Assembly: GCA_050084515.1 (NCBI GenBank)
Contig: CM114271.1
Location: forward strand, 20,150,001 to 20,214,000
DNA: 64,000 bases
Reading direction: 5' to 3'
From: Blasia pusilla
Taxonomy: Eukaryota
Below are positions 57,190-64,000 of the stretch, one piece after another. The number at the start of each line of letters is the position of its first letter. The first letter of the stretch is position 1. A program made the translations under genes and the position numbers. The notes beneath the pieces are model-generated. The model ran no database searches, was not told the origin of the DNA, and was given only the letters and a program-made list of their open reading frames with translations.

Positions 57190-57945
57190 GGATATAAAGG
57201 ACAAAAATAAAAGAAGATGCATAGGAAGTATGTGAATGTGGGACTTAGAGTCAAAGAATTCCAAGGCCAAAATTTTTGGTTGGGGGAGGAAAAAACGGGG
57301 AACTCCCTAAAACCTAGCTTCACCAACAAAATAACTATGACCGATAGTTAAAGAAACTTTACTAGCAACACCACGAAATCTAGCAATGGCATTTCGAATA
57401 GCCTGAGCCCGTCATAGAGGCCCTTTTGCTTGGGCATACTACAAAGCAATGAAGACAAGATGTCTAAAATATAGACACGCAATAGCTAAAGGAAAATCAT
57501 TCCTTAATCCTTAAGTGAGGATAATGGGAATATTTGGTATGGAAAGCGTCAAGCATTTTGCGTATGGCCCCATACATCGCAATACCTAATAGGATGGAGT
57601 GATGTTGTTTCAACTTGTTTGTGAAGACAAGTATAAAGTTGAGTCTTCTCCTCTTTCTGCTTTTGCTTCTTGTTGCAATCCCCCTTTCACAACCAAATGT
57701 TCCTAAATTGACTCTCATGTAGGATTTTTAACCATGAAGTTGACCATCACCAACCACGCCAGCCTTCCACGTCATATATAGGTTTGCCTCAACGAGGAAA
57801 TGTCCCGAGGAGTAGTGCCACTCTACACATGGAAGGCGCTCTCACGAGCTATAAAGTACAAGATATCCAACGAAACATTGTGAATAGCTATCCTCTCAAC
57901 CCCTACTCAACGATGTGCCAAATGCACACCAAGAGACACCCATCT
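57190..57945 (-). mobile_element. Old 3' fragment of a family-A-related CRE element (RLE region and 3' UTR)
   Basis: Minus strand reads GVHLAH..VGVERIAIH, IARESAFHV, HHSILLGIAMYGAI and YAQAKGPL.RAQA, collinear with 44470-45120. Confidence 0.75.
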
Positions 57946-58714
57946 ATAATATTATGGGAGAGTGCCTTCTTGTAGCGCAAACACCCGAGCATCTGACACA
58001 TGGCATTTTGTCCCAAGTAAAATGCAGCCTTTTGAACGGTCTGAGATGTGAGTTTCGAGATTCTAAACCGTCGATTCTAAACCGTTGGATGGGATTTTTG
58101 TAGCCGTTGGACGGGGGTCCTTAGGGTTTTCTTACTTCCACCGTGAAAATGGTTTTTTTTAATCATTCGATTTTTTTTTGTCTTTGAAGACAGTTAGATT
58201 CGCTCCATGAGGGAGATCCGTCACTTTTATGGCCCTCTTGCTATTCAAAGAGGCGTCACGACTTACATAACCTTACAGAGTAGAAGTGTTTATGTGCTAC
58301 AAACCAATTTGAAACTCCAAACTCACTGTGTGCACTTCACCCTCTGCTCAAGTAACATAAGGTCTCATTTGAAAGCTCAGGTAACATCAGATTTTTACTC
58401 ATTCAACAAAATGTTACAAGAAATTGAGGCTTTGGCTATTGCTGAGCTTTATGAACTTTATTCACATAGATTTCATTTACACATGAAATAGCTATTGCTG
58501 ATCTCATAAGCTTTATTGACACATATTTCATTTACACATGCAAGAAAATGATACCAACCAAGCTTAAGCTACTGCTGAGCTTCTGAACTCTAACACTGTG
58601 TGTGTCTTCAAGCTCTACTATGGGTCCTTCAAGGTCTACTCTTAATGTTGCTATTGATTTGTTAATGCATTTCAGGTACTCGACACAATGATCGGTACCC
58701 AAGCTAGCTCTGTT

Positions 58715-58880
58715 TGTGGCTCCAACTCCCGATTCGGCTCCTCCAACAGCTCCCATCGCTCTTTCCGATCCTATAGCAGCTCCCTTTCGATTCGGCTCCT
58801 TTGACAGCTCCCATTGCTCTTTCGGCACCTCTGGCAGCTCCCATTGCTTATTCGGCTCCTTCCGCAGCTCCTCCCACTTT
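58715..58880. repeat. Tandem minisatellite with a 30-bp unit, about 5 degenerate copies
   Basis: Unit approximately CAGCTCCCATTGCTCTTTCGGCTCCTCTGG. Confidence 0.85.
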
Positions 58881-61800
58881 GGTGCAGAATAGATCGGAGC
58901 TAAAAAAATAACCAAGATGGCAACGACAATAAAAAAGAAGAAGCCACCCAAGGAAAGGGAAAGGCTGTAACCTAGATGACCTCATCGAAAAAGCATTTCG
59001 GGAAGAACCTTCAGCAAGGTCTCAGTAGTGAGTTCATGGCTTTACAAATGTCAGAAACCTTGACCTAAACCCGCAACATAGCCCAAGCTTCTTACACATG
59101 GCCATGAACCCTACACCCTTTCATCTCGACGATCAACGAGCATGCAATCCGTGGCTTAATGCAAAGCAGTGGGATAGCGAAAAATTGACAACTTGACCAA
59201 CAACAGCTGCACAATTAGAAATGCCGATAAATGAAGCACATGAGCGATTAGAAATTGGCTCAAACTTCCCGCATAGGAAGCATTCACTGAATCAGGGATC
59301 AAGTCCTAATCGACTGTATAGGAAGCGCACACAAAAGACCAAGGAACAAGGCAGACGCTATAGTCTCCATGAAATACAAACAGGGAGAGGTAATGAGCAG
59401 TAGAAAAACATGGTGCGAATGGGGGAAACCTTGCACAAGTTGAGCACATGAAGAGCTAAATGCAAGTATAAACAATCCATGGTCCTGAAAGCGCAGAGGA
59501 GAGGTAAGAGTCCGAGCATAGTCGGGGGAGGAGCAGAGAGGATACGTCTAATCATTCCTAGGAATGATGAGATTCCTCAAGCACTCGAGTGGAGTAACCT
59601 CAAACTCATGTGTGGCTGTAACAACGTCGAGCGGAGAAAGCTCGTCTGGGTACAACTCTTGCGCCTGACACAAGAAGCTAGCTCCATTGAATAGGAGCGT
59701 TTAGCAAGTGCGAGCGTCGAGCAAGAGGAGGAAGAGCGTTGCGCAGAGAGGAGAGGAGAGCGACGTGCAGAGAAGGGAGTTGGAAGGACAACCCAGCGTA
59801 GCAGCGTGGTTGAGCAGAGAGGAGAGCAGAGGGCCACGTACGAGCGTGGCCAAAGGTCTGAAGAGAATGCGCGGGGGTGAGGGGAAGGGTTGGGGGGGGG
59901 GGAAGGGAAGTGGGACGGAGACGCCTAGGAACGGCGAAGACCGCGCCTAGGCGTTCTCCGCCATTCGATGTAGATCTAACAGCCAGTTACATCTGGCCGT
60001 TGGATCTAGCCCTGATTATAATCAGCGACGGCGGTCATTAGGGGGAGTACGAGGGTAGGGAAAGATTCGGGCTACCAAACCTGGCCTTAAAAAATACATA
60101 TAAACATTCTTTTTTTTCTTCCAATTCATTTTTTCCCCTTCCCATTTTTCTCTTCTTTTCCTTTTTTTTCCCATTAAGTTACATAATTCTCTTTTAGGTA
60201 TTTTCTTTTTAAATTATTATTATTATTTTATTTTTAATTTATATTTTTGCGGTGTGTCATGCACATGGCCAAGTGCCGACGGGTTATTCCCAAACGTGGA
60301 GAGAAGACCGCTGGGTGTTATGTTTGCACAATGATGCCTTTCATGACGACGCTATACACTAACAAAAACTCTTAAACATTTTTTTTTCCACGGGCACCTT
60401 ACTAGTTATTTTTTGTAAAAGTGTCCTACGTATGCACACACAACTCCTTACTTGGGCGGAAAATGAAGAAAACACAAAAACACCCCATTTGGTAACCCCT
60501 CCACTTCCATTACACATTTTTTACATAAAATATGGAAAAATTAGGAAACATAAATTATTTGGCGTCTTAACTACTCTCCACGTAGTTGCCCGCAACGATA
60601 CGGATGACGGAGGGTATATCTGTCAGCTTCATTCGCAGGGATCTCGTGATGCTTGAGACCGAGACCTACAACTACAGTATTGTCGCGACGTGTGGGGGAC
60701 GGAGACGAAGGGGGAAATTGGTTGGAAGAGGCAGGGGAATCGAAGGATCGTGTCTGTACATCGGAGGCTAGTTCGTTTCTCACGGCGATGGAGAGTCGTA
60801 GACATGGGATTACAACGGAGAGTCGGGAGCGGGGTGGCCCTTGTGTTTCGACTCTGGAGAGAACGCCGTGTGCTCGTCGGAGGCTTGTTTGACTCGCTTT
60901 CCTGCGATGCCGGGCTAGAGGAGCCTAGACTCTAGAGGGGGCGATTAGAATCCCGAGAATCAATTATGGAGTGATCACCCAGACAGTGCACACAGATCTG
61001 ACAACAAATAGGGGTCAGTTTGATCGGACTGACATCCCGTCGCGACAGTCCAGAGCGCTAGCTCTGCGTGCGGTCAGTAGTGTGCACAGATCTGACATGA
61101 TGTAGGGGTGGGTTTAAACGTACTGAAGAGCCGGGAGTCGAGAGCGGTCCCTGAGTCGCGCGATGAGTATACTCACCGGTTGTGAGCCACAGATCTCTAA
61201 GACGGGATCTCCTTCCAGTAGGGCAGCTGACAACTCCACAGCGCAAACCTCTGAATTAGTTCATTTAAGCGAAACTGTCTCTCTACAGTGGAAGCCAGTA
61301 TTTCCTCTTCTTTCCTGTGTCTCTTGCCGCAGACCTGTGCACATTGTTCCGCGGAGTAGTGATTTCTTCACATTTGCTTCCCCATGCGATCTACTGCCAG
61401 CTGGGAGGAAGAGCAGAGGAGGTCCTCATTACCCGTCCTGTCAACTCTGGGCTAGCATCTCGGTAGGGGGACGTGGTGTGTAGTAGTTCATTGTTCAACA
61501 GGATGTAGTCCTGTCTTTATGCCACTTCCAGGGTAGTAGTCGAAACGTGCTTTCGTCACACGACTGTGACTCACTGTACGAACAATAGGTGAGAAGCTCT
61601 CTCCCTGCGACGAGAGACCAGTCAGGGGGAATCGTACACCGCCTTTCGATTACCTTCGGTCACGAATTCATCAGGGAACATAAAATCTTCACTTCATGGA
61701 CGCCTTTCCCGATGCTGCAAAGTCGGGTGGAAGATAAGAGTTATAGAAGCAGATGCAATAACATCTTGTCACTACCGCGTCGGACCACAGCTTTTCGCTG

Positions 61801-63025
61801 CGGTTGGAAAGCCAGACAAAAGACACGCTTTAGCCTCCCTCATCATCTCTTCACGACAACCCATGATAAAGACAACGGAAAATTTCAAATGGGGAAGGCT
61901 CCAGTTGGGCCACAGCTTTTCAAGTGTACATAAGCGCGATGGGACCCCAAATATGATCTTACGGAGTCTGACCATCTCATTTGGTACAACTCCACTCGGT
62001 GTAATTGCAAGACGCTACCACCTGCCTCTGCCAACAAGTTCAATGAGAGATCGTGGACGCACATGAGTTTCATACGTATCCCTTCATCTCCCATCTATCC
62101 AGTGGCTCCACCCTCGTTCCGACTAGACAAGTATGGAGCAGATCCTTACTTCGTTGTCCAGCATATCTCGCCTGTTGTTTTGACCAGCAACCATGGTCCC
62201 TTTTCAAGATTCATTTCTGACATGACATCGACTGGGTCTACAGAAATTACCACAGATCCATGCAGTTGCTCCGGCTGCAAACTCGACTCTCTACATTTAA
62301 AAGTACAAAGTAAAACTGATATTCGGTTTCTCCGAGTCACTTGGCGCAGCTAGGAGTCACACAACCAACACAACCAACGCAGAAAGTGAGGAGGCTCCGG
62401 ACTCGCCTAAGGCAGCCTATAGATCATGATTGTGTGTGTGTGTTGTAGTTGATGCCCCAAGCTTCTCCGGTTTGACTATTCCCAAGACTAAAGGTTTTGG
62501 ATCATTATGATTCAGTGATTGACTCAACAGGCTTGCCACGTAAAGTGGCCGGTCCGTTCTCTGTGCAAAAAGAAGGTTGAATTGGGGACCGAGTTTCAGG
62601 CAAGTGTAATGATGGAACGACTCCAGCGGAAAGTTTAGCTCTGACCTTTCATCGGCAAAGTTACTTTGGTCGGCACCCTCGCACAACTTTGATCTCTCAA
62701 TCCAGCAAAGGCGGCATTCCATTTTCTTCTACATTTGCTCATCAGCCTCCTCAGTGCCCATACTCACGGTGCAGCCTTTTGGTTGACATGACAATCCTCT
62801 TGTTAACAGGTCAAAACTTTCTAGGTTGAGGAATTTGAGGTAACTAGTCGTCTCCTTGCTTGGCTGAGTCAATTGAGTTGCCAGCCCAACCACCCAGCTT
62901 TATGAGGAACACCAGTTACATTCGGAAGAAGGGCATGTCTTTTGGCCGCAAAAGGATGTGGAGCGCTACATTAATGGGCACAGAAGTCTTTAAGCTTTTT
63001 CACCACAGCCACTCCGAGCTGGGAG

Positions 63026-63070
63026 CTAAGTGAATTCACCAGGGAACTCTTCATCTGAATCAAACTCCAC
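63026..63070 (-). CDS. Terminal coding exon of the same gene (VEFDSDEEFPGEFT*)
   Basis: Pyrimidine-rich TTGCAG acceptor at 63071-63076, phase-0 join to the upstream exon, 399-bp intron, TAG stop at 63026-63028. Confidence 0.62.
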   Translation of the reverse strand: MEFDSDEEFPGEFT

Positions 63071-63469
63071 CTGCAAGGATAGCAAAAGAAGTGTGTCAAG
63101 TATAGTTTAGACGTATCTGAAAACCAAATGGCAGCTCACAACTCCACGTAGCTTGCTTCGATTTGTACTGTTACATCCACATATGCCAGTCACCAAGTAG
63201 TTACTTTCTGACGGAACGACATTCACGTCAAACACAGACTCCAATAGCCCTTCCTGAATCTGGCTCCATCAAATTGGAAGGTATCCAACAGAAACTTGCA
63301 GCGATGACTGAAGTTACCATAAACTAGTTACCACCAGTTTGACTACCCAACAAAGTGGATCTTTCTCTGAGAAAAAAAAATGATGTCACCATGCATAATA
63401 AATACCCGGCTTCTTTAACAAGAACGGATCCAGGATGCAAGACAAAGGAGAGAACAATAGTTACAATAC

Positions 63470-64000
63470 ATTTTCATCTCTGAACCAACCACCAACCCCA
63501 TCTCGCTTCCAACCAGATTCCTGCAACCGGAGCTCCCGCTGATGTCGTTTTTGCTGCTCTTGCTGGAGGTCCTGCTGGGTAGACTGAGGTGTCACTCCTA
63601 CGGATGCAGCTGATAATCTCCCGCCAGGATTCTTCTCAGATCGAGTCTTTTCTTCCTGGTCTGGTGAGTTCGAGCTGAAAGTTTCAAGTCCTTTCCGATG
63701 ATACCATGACGCTGGAACAGTCAGGCCTTTCCCACCCATTGCTCTCAAAAGTGGGCCGCCAACCTCCCGCTTCATAGAGGGAGGAACTCGAGATGAATTG
63801 TGAACTGCTGCCTTAGCAGTACCACCACCTTGTCCGAGAGATAAAGCAGCTTTGGACCTTTTTGTTGCGGTCAGAAGAGGAGCACTCCGTCTGGCATCTT
63901 GAATAGAAGGAGACGAAGTATCAGAGACCTGGAGAGCGCCTGGAGCCACAGCTTTTCCAAGAGCTATGCGCTTTTGGATCTCATCATGCAGCCGTTGTTT
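63470..64000 (-). CDS. Penultimate coding exon of an unidentified host gene (coiled-coil, low complexity), entering from the right edge
   Basis: Open frame from the edge (KQRLHDEIQKRIALGKAVAPG...) to ...GWKRDGVGGWFRDEN, followed by a GT donor at 63469. Confidence 0.7.

Noticed and set aside
60985-61160. Two repeats beginning GTGCAC(AC)AGATCTGACA with ATGATG/CTGA boxes, considered as C/D snoRNAs
   Set aside because: The C box is imperfect, and I found no terminal stem or rRNA-complementary guide.
60430-62950. Short ORFs on both strands next to the host gene
   Set aside because: No domain motifs and no consistent frame; more likely UTR or intergenic sequence.

Overview
Eukaryotic, plant-like genomic DNA that is dominated by transposons. 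The host is probably a streptophyte or non-seed land plant, but that is inference. (1) 1-14.9 kb: two related but clearly diverged Ty3/Gypsy LTR retrotransposons on the minus strand, one apparently nested in the RT of the other. Both carry a C5 DNA-cytosine methyltransferase (DNMT3-like) domain inside the polyprotein, between protease and RT. This is the most striking system in the window. (2) 17-22 kb: an APE-type LINE sitting between two long (CT)n tracts, next to an LTR remnant. (3) 22-40 kb: AT-rich, decayed DNA with hAT-type MITEs, a PIF1-helicase remnant and a near-perfect 87-nt hairpin. (4) 40-58 kb: a cluster of four CRE-clade (restriction-like endonuclease) non-LTR retrotransposon copies. 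One is a chimera carrying a piece of its neighbour, and two form a large inverted repeat. (5) Right edge: the last two exons of an unidentified host gene on the minus strand. All transposon ORFs are broken by stops or frameshifts. Domain calls come from motif reading by eye; no database searches were run.
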